Virus record (IMG/VR): IMGVR_UViG_3300030107_003448
Location: 1 to 64,000 of that record
Length of the DNA stretch: 64,000 nucleotides
From: a virus
Strand: one strand, 5' to 3'
The notes below the pieces were generated by a model that saw nothing but the letters and a program-made list of their open reading frames with translations, was not told where the DNA came from and made no database searches. This document shows positions 1-8,435 of this stretch, in pieces (the first letter of the stretch is position 1; every line of letters begins with the position of its first letter). A program made the translations under genes and the position numbers.

Positions 1-231
1 CTTGTGCGCCAAAGAAGGAACATATAGTGTAGTCCAACCGTATGGGTGGGTCAAGGGTATTGGCTTGCGCAAAAAATAGGGAGAGCATGATGCTGTTTCC
101 CCCGCCCGATAGTTGCAAAGCCACAGCCTTATGCGAGCGTGACGCTAACCAGCAAACGCTGTGCTGAAAGCCATTGCTTGTGTGGCTTAGGTTATTGGTG
201 GCGTCATTTATCGAGGGTCACATACACAGGT

Positions 232-262
232 AAGAGGGTGACACCTTCGGTGTCACGCTCTT
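232..262. other. Strong hairpin (GTGACACC-TTC-GGTGTCAC core, extended by AAGAG/CTCTT around one mismatch) in non-coding left region
   Basis: Perfect 8-bp inverted repeat 238-245/249-256; flanks 232-236 pair with 258-262. Confidence 0.7.
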
Positions 263-350
263 TGCGTGATGGTAGTAAGGCTACGCTTACACGTGACTAC
301 TGTAAGTCAGCAACTCCTTACTGCTTTTCTATAGAATGTTGCACTGCTAG

Positions 351-413
351 ACAATTGTGCTAACATTTGTGCGGGGCTTAGGCGGAGGCACACAATTGTG
401 CTAACATTTGTGC
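351..413. repeat. 22-bp perfect direct repeat ACAATTGTGCTAACATTTGTGC x2
   Basis: Copies at 351-372 and 392-413; second overlaps palindrome CACAATTGTG (391-400); followed by AAAAATTT(T) tracts at about 440-490. Confidence 0.9.
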
Positions 414-514
414 TCCTTATAGTCACACACAGCGCTGAGAAAAAATTTGACTCAAACGACTTTCCGCACAAAAATTTTCAAAAATTTTATTGCCTCCGTT
501 TGATTCCCCCATAC

Positions 515-2260
515 ATGAGCAGGCAGCAATCTCACGAGCCTTATCACACTATGCCGTATGATGATTTGCTGTTTTGGATGGACCAATTACCAGAAGGCAC
601 CAAAGAACATAATGCTGTTTGGAATGAGATAGAAACAAGGGCAATCGAACAAGAAGGCTCTACAGTTCGTGATATTCTTAACCCAAAAAATGAAGCGGGA
701 GAAAAAGTAGACGAAGAAACTGCTTTGTATTATGAACCACAATTTAGAAATTTACCATATCAATATAGTCAAGGTTTTCGGGATGTTGAGGGTGCAGAAA
801 TTCCTATGCAAGATTTATTAGATGACAAAAAACCTCGTTATGAAAATTTCCAAGAAGATGTAGATGTAAGGATGGATGACATTAGAGAGGCTATGCCCGG
901 TCAATACAATGTTTGGTTGAACGATGCACAAAAAGTATATAATCATTTGAAAGAAGTAGCACCACCAGAAGTAGCACAGCAATATTTAAATCGTTATATT
1001 AATTTTGCAGAAACACATTTAGCAGATAGAACCCCCGAATATATGTCACAATGGTTTGACCACTATTTTGATGAAGGCCCAGAGCCAACAGCACCTATGT
1101 TTGAAAATCCTATACCTACAGACGAAACTATTTTTCAAGAATACCCGGGTAGAGATGGGATAAGTATGAATACTTATGATGTTAGTGGGTTTCCCCATAA
1201 TTTCCAAAGTAAATTAGCAAGTGAACCAATGAGCATCGCTATGCAGTTGCTCAAAGGTAAGTTTGATTTAATGCCGATGGAGGCTGCTAATGAATTATTG
1301 GCTTTTAGTGATGACCCAACAACCATACGCTGGCATAACGATAAATATGGATTAGGTTTGAGTGAAGAAGGTTTGTCTCAAGATGAAATGGATGAATTAC
1401 ATAGTCATATAATAGATAGCGATACTGCTTTTGACCCTTTGGTTCCGGGTGGGATAAGTCACGCAGAAAATGTTGAACAATATGAACAAGAATCAGGAAA
1501 ACAAGCAAGACCTATGGGGTTAAATATACAATTAGGAGATGTTCCTATTATTGACCCTACTAAACCCGAAACTTGGAAAGACGGACCCGGCACTACTTGG
1601 GTTGGGGGAAAACCCACAGTATCTCCGCAGATAACTCAGCAACCATTTCCTTACGACTTTGATTACATTCACCAAGGCGAACCAATGGACATCGCTATGC
1701 GGCTGCTCAAACTTGAATCAGATGAATTAGAATTAACACCACCGATGACTCAAGGTGTCGAAGAACAAATGCCTATACAAGAAAATATTCCTATGGTTGA
1801 TGAAAGCATGGGAGGCGGCTATTTAGATTGTGATTGCGCAGAACGAGTAAGAGAGTATGAAATAAATGAATTAAATAATGAAATACAATATGCTAAGTCG
1901 CTAATAGACTATCCAGAAGAAGCCCGTGCACAGTGGATAAGTGATACACTAAACGAAATTGAGTTTTTAGAAAATGCTAGTTGTGAAGATATAGAGAATC
2001 ATTATCATGACTCGTATAACAGAATGTGTGTTTCAAATGAGTTCAGTGAAGAAGACCAAATGAAATACGCAGGTGAACCAATGGACCTTGCATTTCAATT
2101 CCTTAAAGCACCTACTCCCTTTTGGCGAGATGATATAACTCCAGTAAAACCCAAACCGATTACACAAGAAGACAAAACAGCGCCATGTCCATATTGTGTA
2201 GTTTCATATGAATCATGTAAAGAATGTGGAGGAACCGGGAGGATAAATGTTAATCAGTAA
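515..2260 (+). CDS. Acidic multi-module protein with three internal EPM-x-x-A-x-x-x-LK tags and C-terminal CxxC..CxxCGGTG zinc finger; putative internal head (poly)protein
   Basis: ORF 398..2260; first ATG at 515 about 30 nt after a TTTTATT box; tags at 1223-1255, 1679-1711, 2075-2107. Confidence 0.7.
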   Translation: MSRQQSHEPYHTMPYDDLLFWMDQLPEGTKEHNAVWNEIETRAIEQEGSTVRDILNPKNEAGEKVDEETALYYEPQFRNLPYQYSQGFRDVEGAEIPMQDLLDDKKPRYENFQEDVDVRMDDIREAMPGQYNVWLNDAQKVYNHLKEVAPPEVAQQYLNRYINFAETHLADRTPEYMSQWFDHYFDEGPEPTAPMFENPIPTDETIFQEYPGRDGISMNTYDVSGFPHNFQSKLASEPMSIAMQLLKGKFDLMPMEAANELLAFSDDPTTIRWHNDKYGLGLSEEGLSQDEMDELHSHIIDSDTAFDPLVPGGISHAENVEQYEQESGKQARPMGLNIQLGDVPIIDPTKPETWKDGPGTTWVGGKPTVSPQITQQPFPYDFDYIHQGEPMDIAMRLLKLESDELELTPPMTQGVEEQMPIQENIPMVDESMGGGYLDCDCAERVREYEINELNNEIQYAKSLIDYPEEARAQWISDTLNEIEFLENASCEDIENHYHDSYNRMCVSNEFSEEDQMKYAGEPMDLAFQFLKAPTPFWRDDITPVKPKPITQEDKTAPCPYCVVSYESCKECGGTGRINVNQ

Positions 2261-2444
2261 TCCTCCAGAAATAGATGGTCCGAGACTAGCAGATGTTTGT
2301 GAACAAGTAAAAGGATGCCTTAATGGGGATATATTCAAATTTGGTCCAGTCGTTGCAGGTATTTTAATAATGGCCGAAGTTTTATTTTGGGCTTCATTGA
2401 GTGTTTTCATTGTAAAACGATTTAAGAGAAACAGGCAGGAGTGA
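2247..2444 (+). CDS. Small membrane protein
   Basis: 65 aa, hydrophobic PVVAGILIMAEVLFWASLSVFIV followed by basic tail; GGAGG upstream. Confidence 0.65.
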   Translation: MLISNPPEIDGPRLADVCEQVKGCLNGDIFKFGPVVAGILIMAEVLFWASLSVFIVKRFKRNRQE

Positions 2445-2445
2445 C

Positions 2446-2583
2446 ATGTACGATTTATTTTTGTGCTCTCTGTTTTTTTGGTCATTTATATTTGGTTTAT
2501 TCTATAAATCTGAAAAGACAAAAATTTGGGTAAGCATACCACCGAAACAAGCGCCTCCACCAGAAGCATTCAAAAAAGACTAG
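2446..2583 (+). CDS. 45-aa membrane microprotein (MYDLFLCSLFFWSFIFGLFYKSEK...)
   Basis: Read manually (below ORF-track cutoff); GGAGTGA SD directly upstream; N-terminal hydrophobic helix. Confidence 0.55.
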   Translation: MYDLFLCSLFFWSFIFGLFYKSEKTKIWVSIPPKQAPPPEAFKKD

Positions 2584-2638
2584 GTAGTTTACTTTTTACA
2601 CCTTACATATTTAAGCACTAAAGCACATTGGGCCTATC

Positions 2639-3532
2639 ATGGTCCGAGAAGTTACGATACATGAGGTTGGTCCTCGTGATGGTTTGCAAGGTTTGCCTTA
2701 TGTGCTTTCTGTGGACCAAAAAAGGCATTTTATTGAGGCTATAGCACATTCTGGAATTAAAAATATAGAGGTTGCTTCTTTTGTTCACCCGAAGTTAGTG
2801 CCCACTATGGCAAACGCCGAAGAAGTTTACAATGAAGTGGAATATTTACAATATGAACCATATCAAAATATGAATTTGAGCACTCTTGTTATGAATCAAC
2901 GTGGTTTTGATAGAGCATTAGAATCTGGAGTCGAAAATTTTAATATTTGCTTTTCTACCTCTGAAGAATTCAATAAAAGGAACTTTGGTAAAGAACAAAC
3001 GGAAATTTTACAAGAATACGCACAAATGTTACAAAATATACCTAAAAATCAAGTCAAAGTATACATTTCTTGCTTTTTTGGTTGCCCATTCAAAGGATTA
3101 ATGTCCGATAGCACATTATTGACTGCTTTTCAAGAAGCAGCCAAGTTAGGTAACACAATTGTGCTCTGTGACACCACTGGAAGGGCTTTTCCACTACATA
3201 TTAAGTATAATTTGGCTTTAGTTGCTACTTTACCCGAATATAAGCAAGTAAGCATTGCCTTACATCTACATGAAGGCGAAAAAGGCAAAGAATTCTTATT
3301 TGATAATATAAAAGCGGCTTTTGATTTTGGTATTAGGAATTTTGATACTAGTATCGGAGGAATTGGAGGCTGTCCGTTCATGCCTCACTCTGGCGGCAAT
3401 GTCCCAACCGAAGATTTAGTCGAATGGTGCGAAAAACAAAATATTGATTGCGGTATTGAGCGCAAAAATTTAGATTCTCTTATTAATTTAGTAAAAAATG
3501 AGTTTAGAGAAAAGGAGTGTGAAATAAGATGA
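2639..3532 (+). CDS. hmgL: Hydroxymethylglutaryl-CoA lyase (DRE-TIM metallolyase), auxiliary metabolic gene
   Basis: EVGPRDGLQ, IEVASFVHPKLVP, LCDTTG, metal-binding HLH and GGIGGCPF..SGGNVPTED motifs; 297 aa, full length. Confidence 0.9.
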   Translation: MVREVTIHEVGPRDGLQGLPYVLSVDQKRHFIEAIAHSGIKNIEVASFVHPKLVPTMANAEEVYNEVEYLQYEPYQNMNLSTLVMNQRGFDRALESGVENFNICFSTSEEFNKRNFGKEQTEILQEYAQMLQNIPKNQVKVYISCFFGCPFKGLMSDSTLLTAFQEAAKLGNTIVLCDTTGRAFPLHIKYNLALVATLPEYKQVSIALHLHEGEKGKEFLFDNIKAAFDFGIRNFDTSIGGIGGCPFMPHSGGNVPTEDLVEWCEKQNIDCGIERKNLDSLINLVKNEFREKECEIR

Positions 3533-3705
3533 ATATATGGATAGGGACCATAATATGTTTTGTTCTATCAGTTTTGTTTTATATTTGGTATGCAATTATC
3601 ACATTGTTGAAAAATATAGACATAACATTGACAGAAGAAGACATAGACGGTTTACAGCAAGATTTTAAGAATGGATTGAGGAATGTAGGGAGAAATAATG
3701 ATTAG
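3529..3705 (+). CDS. 58-aa membrane microprotein (MNIWIGTIICFVLSVLFYIWYAIITLLK...)
   Basis: Read manually; ATGA overlap with hmgL stop; N-terminal TM helix. Confidence 0.6.
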   Translation: MNIWIGTIICFVLSVLFYIWYAIITLLKNIDITLTEEDIDGLQQDFKNGLRNVGRNND

Positions 3706-3952
3706 ATTGTTAATGTATATCATGGGATATGTATATTGTTTTCTTGAACAGTTTGTATCTTACCCGAATGACGATATAATATTGGGTTTGCCTATTGACG
3801 AAGATTTGCAGCAAATGAGTAGAGCAGAATTGTGTGAATACATTGAAAGCAATACGCCTGCCAAAGGTTCATTTTGGCATTTAGATTCTACTAGCAAAAT
3901 TAGATTTGGTGCTCAAAACCTACGAAACGGTAAAATTAAACCCAAACAATAA
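3698..3952 (+). CDS. Hypothetical protein with hydrophobic N-terminus
   Basis: 84-aa ORF overlapping previous gene, GGGAG upstream. Confidence 0.6.
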   Translation: MIRLLMYIMGYVYCFLEQFVSYPNDDIILGLPIDEDLQQMSRAELCEYIESNTPAKGSFWHLDSTSKIRFGAQNLRNGKIKPKQ

Positions 3953-3977
3953 AAGTATGGTGTTTGGTATTTGAGTT

Positions 3978-4057
3978 TGGTCCGAGACCTCCGCTACAGT
4001 ACCTTTCTTACCCTATTTCTAACTACGGATAATTCCATTGGGAAGTTTCTCGGACCA
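3978..4057. other. Intergenic 80-nt element closed by perfect 10-bp inverted repeat TGGTCCGAGA/TCTCGGACCA (possible structured RNA or DNA site)
   Basis: Arms at 3978-3987 and 4048-4057; same 10-mer also at 2276-2285 and 2640-2649. Confidence 0.55.
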
Positions 4058-4095
4058 CCCTAACTATTATTATCCCTGTTACTTTACGCTATGAC

Positions 4096-4452
4096 ATGGC
4101 GAGTCTAGTAAGTCCGTTAGAAGCAGCATGGGCCGTGCTATTAAAACGAGACCCACATGAAGATGAAGACCCTTATTTAACTATGTATATGCAAGGTCAA
4201 GAAGAAGCAGATGAAGAAATGTATGGTGATTCATTTGACGAAGAAGGAAATCCTATTGAAGGTTTACCTAGTGCTCCCCGAAAAACACCAATGCCAAAAT
4301 TTGACACAGGTGCAGATAGCAAATTCAATTTACAAGAGCATGCTTTAGCAAATTTACTTGAACACGCCGAAGAAGCAGGAATGGGAGCAGGGCAATTCAA
4401 ACAACCAGCCCCAGAAATTCCAGAAGAAGAAGAAACTCCTCCGGAAGAATAA
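4096..4452 (+). CDS. Acidic protein with N-terminal SPLEAAWAVLLK tag
   Basis: 118-aa ORF; TTATTAT box about 25-30 nt upstream, no SD. Confidence 0.75.
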   Translation: MASLVSPLEAAWAVLLKRDPHEDEDPYLTMYMQGQEEADEEMYGDSFDEEGNPIEGLPSAPRKTPMPKFDTGADSKFNLQEHALANLLEHAEEAGMGAGQFKQPAPEIPEEEETPPEE

Positions 4453-4453
4453 G

Positions 4454-4615
4454 ATGACTCCAACACGTAGACTAGAAGTTCGTTGTCTATGTGGTAAATG
4501 GGGAAGATTAATTTGGAAAGGTAAAATCAAAGACAATAAAGATGTTTGTTCTTTTACTTGTTCTTGTGATGTGCCTAATGTAGATTATGATAATCCTTAC
4601 AAAGGATGGGATTAA
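4454..4615 (+). CDS. Cys-rich microprotein (CLCG...CSFTCSC)
   Basis: ATG 1 nt after previous stop within ORF 4358..4615. Confidence 0.5.
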   Translation: MTPTRRLEVRCLCGKWGRLIWKGKIKDNKDVCSFTCSCDVPNVDYDNPYKGWD

Positions 4616-4617
4616 AC

Positions 4618-4779
4618 TTATTTTCCATATCCTGCGCAATGTTTATCAGACATTTTTCTATTACACATTACTGCTTTATCTCCTTCTATATAATTACCAT
4701 ATGGGCATTGAGGATTTAGGCATTGCACAAAACCAAAAAAATTAGGAGTTTGTTTAGTTATTTTTTCTTTTTTAGTCAT
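4618..4779 (-). CDS. 53-aa Cys-rich (Zn-finger-like) microprotein MTKKEKITKQTPNFFGFVQCLNPQCPYG...
   Basis: Read manually; ATGA overlap with stop of 4776..5060. Confidence 0.55.
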   Translation of the reverse strand: MTKKEKITKQTPNFFGFVQCLNPQCPYGNYIEGDKAVMCNRKMSDKHCAGYGK

Positions 4780-5060
4780 ATTACTAACACCTCTGCTTTG
4801 AGAGTTCCTCTTTCTTTGAAATGTCTAGCCCGATTTGTGTGAGGGTCTTCTGGAACTAAAGTATGTTCTTGTGTATGACTCATATCTGGACCACCTTGTC
4901 CATAAATTCCTCTTTTCCTTCTTTCACGATTTAAATCTTCACGATATTCTACTCTTTTTGGATTAGATTCATATTGCGTATCATATTCTCTTTTATGTCG
5001 TAATGCTTCGGGGCTTGTAGCATGTTTAAGTAAATCCCACGCCGCATTAAGAGGTCTCAT
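4776..5060 (-). CDS. Small basic protein with N-terminal MRPLNAAWDLLK tag; weak resemblance to degenerate HNH-like phage proteins (DMSH...NRAR)
   Basis: 94-aa ORF; TTATA box about 25 nt upstream on minus strand. Confidence 0.7.
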   Translation of the reverse strand: MRPLNAAWDLLKHATSPEALRHKREYDTQYESNPKRVEYREDLNRERRKRGIYGQGGPDMSHTQEHTLVPEDPHTNRARHFKERGTLKAEVLVI

Positions 5061-5146
5061 TAAACTTCCCGATAACTAGGCATATAATCACTCTTTTCCC
5101 AAAAACGCTATCAATTGTGTTTATATCCCATGTCACAGGGCCAGAC

Positions 5147-8100
5147 ATGTCTATCGATGTTGCGTGGGATTTTTTAAAACAATCTAACCCAGAATGGGCT
5201 CAACCTACATTAGAAGATTGGGGCCTAGAACCGCCTAAACAAATTACCCCTAAAAAGAGACTTTTTCAACGAAAAAAAACTTCCCGCACCCCTGTCAAAG
5301 AGCGTCCTGTATGGCAGTTTAATCAAGAGCCGCCAATTTTCGATTTCGGACCCCACGCAATTAATCATGTGGATGACGAGGCGTTGAAAAACATACAAGA
5401 ATACGAAAACGATGAAACAGGAAAGACTTTACATGATGTTTGGAGAAGGGCAGAGAGAGGAGTGCCTAAGCAAGTGTGGTTGCAATTAGATAAACTTTTA
5501 GAAGGAAAAAACCAAAACACACGTTTATTAGATTATATATCTCCAAAAGATATGAAATTAACAGAGACTATACGTCACTCTCCATCAGCGAGTTTATCAC
5601 AAATGATACACAAGAGCATGATATTTAGTTTCTTATTAACAGAAAAAGAAATAAATGATATTACAGGAAATAATGTAACATTTTTACATGACCCACAAAA
5701 TAAACTTAATAAAATAGCCTCTACAATTAATAGTAAATTTTTAGCCCTATCTCATAATTTAAATGTCCCTCCTTTAATATTAAGTTTATATTTACATGAT
5801 ATGGCTCGTCCTGCCGAGAAATATATGGATGATGATGAACTACCAAAATATATAACTCATGGATATGAGGTAGGTCCTTTAAATTCTGAATTAAAAACAT
5901 CAGAAATAAACAAATGGTTACAAAATATAGCAAGTGGTATAATAGATGACGATAACTATATCGATTTAACTCATAGTATACGAGAATATATACAAAGCCC
6001 TGCGTTTAATGAAGAAGTATCACGCATTTTTGATGATGATATTCATGGTGATAATTCATTGGGACAAAACTTAATAAGAAATCATCAAGATGCTTTAGAG
6101 CGCCGAAATTCTAAACAAATGAGAGAAGGAACCACAACAAGGCGACCTTCTGCCGACATTTATAATGAAGCCGTAAAAATAACTAAAACAAAACTAAATG
6201 GTCTTGCAGATTTTATAATAAATGCAGATAAATGGTATAGAAACGGGGTAATAAATAATCCTCATATAAATAATCAAAGCGAAGGGGTGAGTTGGAAAGA
6301 TATAGACGGCCCTATTCATTCGGGCGGAAAGCACGGAGAACCTATTATAACAACTCGGAAAAATGTTACATTACCTCATTCTGAAAATATGATGGATTAT
6401 TATACGTCATTAAAATGGTTTAAAAAAGAATTCGGTTGGGATAACTTAAATTCGGATATTAAATGGAATAGTGTAGGAGATGGCTATAAATCAATGGAGC
6501 CCTCCGAAATTTATCACAAATTAGTAAAAGAAACATTTCCTACTAGTAATTATGTATTATTTGCGCCTTACGATAAAATAATCGATTATTTACAAGATTC
6601 CACAGGTTATACGTTTCCAAAATCTGTACAAAAAATGATAAAAGAAGGATGGGGAATAGAAACTGATTGGAACGATTATGCCCCACGGCATGCAAGAAAA
6701 TTGCAAGATATACAGCAGGCTCATGATACACATGATATGGTTCCTATACAACACACTGATATGGTAGGCCCTTTTATTAATATGACTAATACGAATAAAT
6801 GGGTCAAAAGAGAAGGAATAGGGCAACTAATGAATAGTGCCATTCTTAATCGCACGGGTCATCTTTTATCAGATATGCGAACACCGTCTGGACAAGCCTT
6901 TACTGATTCATTAGAGCAATTAATAAATATGTTTGGTGAATCTGATATATATGATAAATTCGGCTATCCATATCATAAAACTAAAGAAGACCGTCTGTCG
7001 GGTATTAAAAATTTCTTAATGCAACCATTTGGGGCAAAAAAGTTACAAAGTATGTTTGGTGTAGTTCCCGAGTGGGTAAAGCATATTTCCCGAGGTGGCG
7101 GTGCTAATACATACTCTACTTTTTTGCCATCAGATTTGGGAGAAAAAGAAAAAGAGAAGTTTATGTCTAAAGTGGAATTTAAAGATTTACCTGAAGATTG
7201 GCAGTACACTCTCAAAAATGTTGACCCGGAAGACTTTAGAGATGACCCCGAACTAGTGTCGATTTTAACAAAGTTAAAGGAAGAAGAAATGTTTGACTGG
7301 GATAATGACTGGGAAAAAATAACACCAGCGTCACGTGTAATACTAACAAATGCTTTACAAGAGGAAGACCTGCACGGTAGGAGAGAAAGATATTTACATT
7401 ATCAATTGCCTTCTCCTTGGGGAGAATTAAGGCCACAAAGCGATGTTTTACCTCCTTTACAAGTAAAAGATGCCCCCGATGTATTGATAGGTGACCGCCC
7501 TACTCCTTATTTTACAGATGACACTAGAATTACACCCGATAGAACACGAAATTTACAAAGGCTACAAAATCTTTTATCAAGTCGCTTAGAAGATTTAGGT
7601 GAGAGGGGTTTACGAGGAAGACAGCAAGCAGTAAAAACGTTACAAGGGGCCCCTACTGATGTATTATTAGAAAATTTGAAATGGCCCGGGGATTATGACC
7701 GCCTATTTACTGGGAAGCCTAGAATAAGAAGTTTAAAAAATTTAAAAGACAAATTAAATCCTAGTGGCGTACCCGCCGAGTATTACGATAGATTACGAAG
7801 TTGGCAAGATGAATGGAAAGGCGAACACAGTACTTCACCATATTCATATTTGACAGGAGAGTTTGATGCCGGGCGCAGTTCTCCAAGACGTGATACGTTC
7901 AGACCTTATCGAGGACAAACGACATTATTTCCTAAGTTCGTTTCAGATTCGGAGCGTGTTCTATCGGGTCCCCCACAACGTCAAGGTTTACCTACATGGC
8001 AAGAAGTAAAAGAAAGAAATAAAAATATACAACAAATGAAGAATATGTATCAGCAAATGGTTGAGCGATATGAGCCTAACTTCAATCCACAAGAAATGCA

Positions 8101-8221
8101 AGAGATGTTTCCGCCCCCATTTGAATTGGACTTAACCAGTTACCAAATGCTCCAAGATAGGGCTCCTTACCAACATGTAAACCCAATCAATTGGTCTATT
8201 CCTAATAACGAGGTGAATTAA
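5147..8221 (+). CDS. Large protein with N-terminal MSIDVAWDFLK tag, PIP-box-like motifs and possible GNAT-like segment
   Basis: ORF 5117..8221; ATG 5147 lies 27 nt after TTTATAT; QPTLEDW, QTTLFPKF, REGIGQLM..LLSDMRTPSG. Confidence 0.75.
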   Translation: MSIDVAWDFLKQSNPEWAQPTLEDWGLEPPKQITPKKRLFQRKKTSRTPVKERPVWQFNQEPPIFDFGPHAINHVDDEALKNIQEYENDETGKTLHDVWRRAERGVPKQVWLQLDKLLEGKNQNTRLLDYISPKDMKLTETIRHSPSASLSQMIHKSMIFSFLLTEKEINDITGNNVTFLHDPQNKLNKIASTINSKFLALSHNLNVPPLILSLYLHDMARPAEKYMDDDELPKYITHGYEVGPLNSELKTSEINKWLQNIASGIIDDDNYIDLTHSIREYIQSPAFNEEVSRIFDDDIHGDNSLGQNLIRNHQDALERRNSKQMREGTTTRRPSADIYNEAVKITKTKLNGLADFIINADKWYRNGVINNPHINNQSEGVSWKDIDGPIHSGGKHGEPIITTRKNVTLPHSENMMDYYTSLKWFKKEFGWDNLNSDIKWNSVGDGYKSMEPSEIYHKLVKETFPTSNYVLFAPYDKIIDYLQDSTGYTFPKSVQKMIKEGWGIETDWNDYAPRHARKLQDIQQAHDTHDMVPIQHTDMVGPFINMTNTNKWVKREGIGQLMNSAILNRTGHLLSDMRTPSGQAFTDSLEQLINMFGESDIYDKFGYPYHKTKEDRLSGIKNFLMQPFGAKKLQSMFGVVPEWVKHISRGGGANTYSTFLPSDLGEKEKEKFMSKVEFKDLPEDWQYTLKNVDPEDFRDDPELVSILTKLKEEEMFDWDNDWEKITPASRVILTNALQEEDLHGRRERYLHYQLPSPWGELRPQSDVLPPLQVKDAPDVLIGDRPTPYFTDDTRITPDRTRNLQRLQNLLSSRLEDLGERGLRGRQQAVKTLQGAPTDVLLENLKWPGDYDRLFTGKPRIRSLKNLKDKLNPSGVPAEYYDRLRSWQDEWKGEHSTSPYSYLTGEFDAGRSSPRRDTFRPYRGQTTLFPKFVSDSERVLSGPPQRQGLPTWQEVKERNKNIQQMKNMYQQMVERYEPNFNPQEMQEMFPPPFELDLTSYQMLQDRAPYQHVNPINWSIPNNEVN

Positions 8222-8223
8222 AT

Positions 8224-8403
8224 ATGCAACAACCCCCTTTAGAAGAAGAAAATGAAAGAGACGCAGCAGTTGCTCAAGCAAAAACAACTCAAGGCAAAAA
8301 GCCGGGAGATGCAAAATTTGGACAAAACGCTTTATTGATGACTAATAAAGCACACACTTTTGCTTTAAATTTAGCCCTTGAGGAACTTAAGAAACATACA
8401 TAA
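8224..8403 (+). CDS. 59-aa protein ending in tag-like ALNLALEELKK
   Basis: Read manually; GAGGTGA SD at about 8210-8216. Confidence 0.65.
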   Translation: MQQPPLEEENERDAAVAQAKTTQGKKPGDAKFGQNALLMTNKAHTFALNLALEELKKHT

Positions 8404-8435
8404 TCTTTATTTTGCCCTCTCGTGTGGCCTCTAAT

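Noticed and set aside
139-363. 74-aa ORF in left region
   Set aside because: GTG start with no SD, composition unlike the other genes, overlaps hairpin and repeats; more likely non-coding
351-413. Mini-CRISPR (22-bp repeat, 19-bp spacer)
   Set aside because: Only two copies, spacer too short, no cas genes
3978-4057. tRNA-like element (80 nt, paired ends, ends in CCA on either strand)
   Set aside because: No T-loop GTTC, D-loop or anticodon arm recognisable; kept only as an inverted-repeat element
4776-5060. Active HNH endonuclease
   Set aside because: Only a partial DxSH...N pattern; insufficient to call without a profile search
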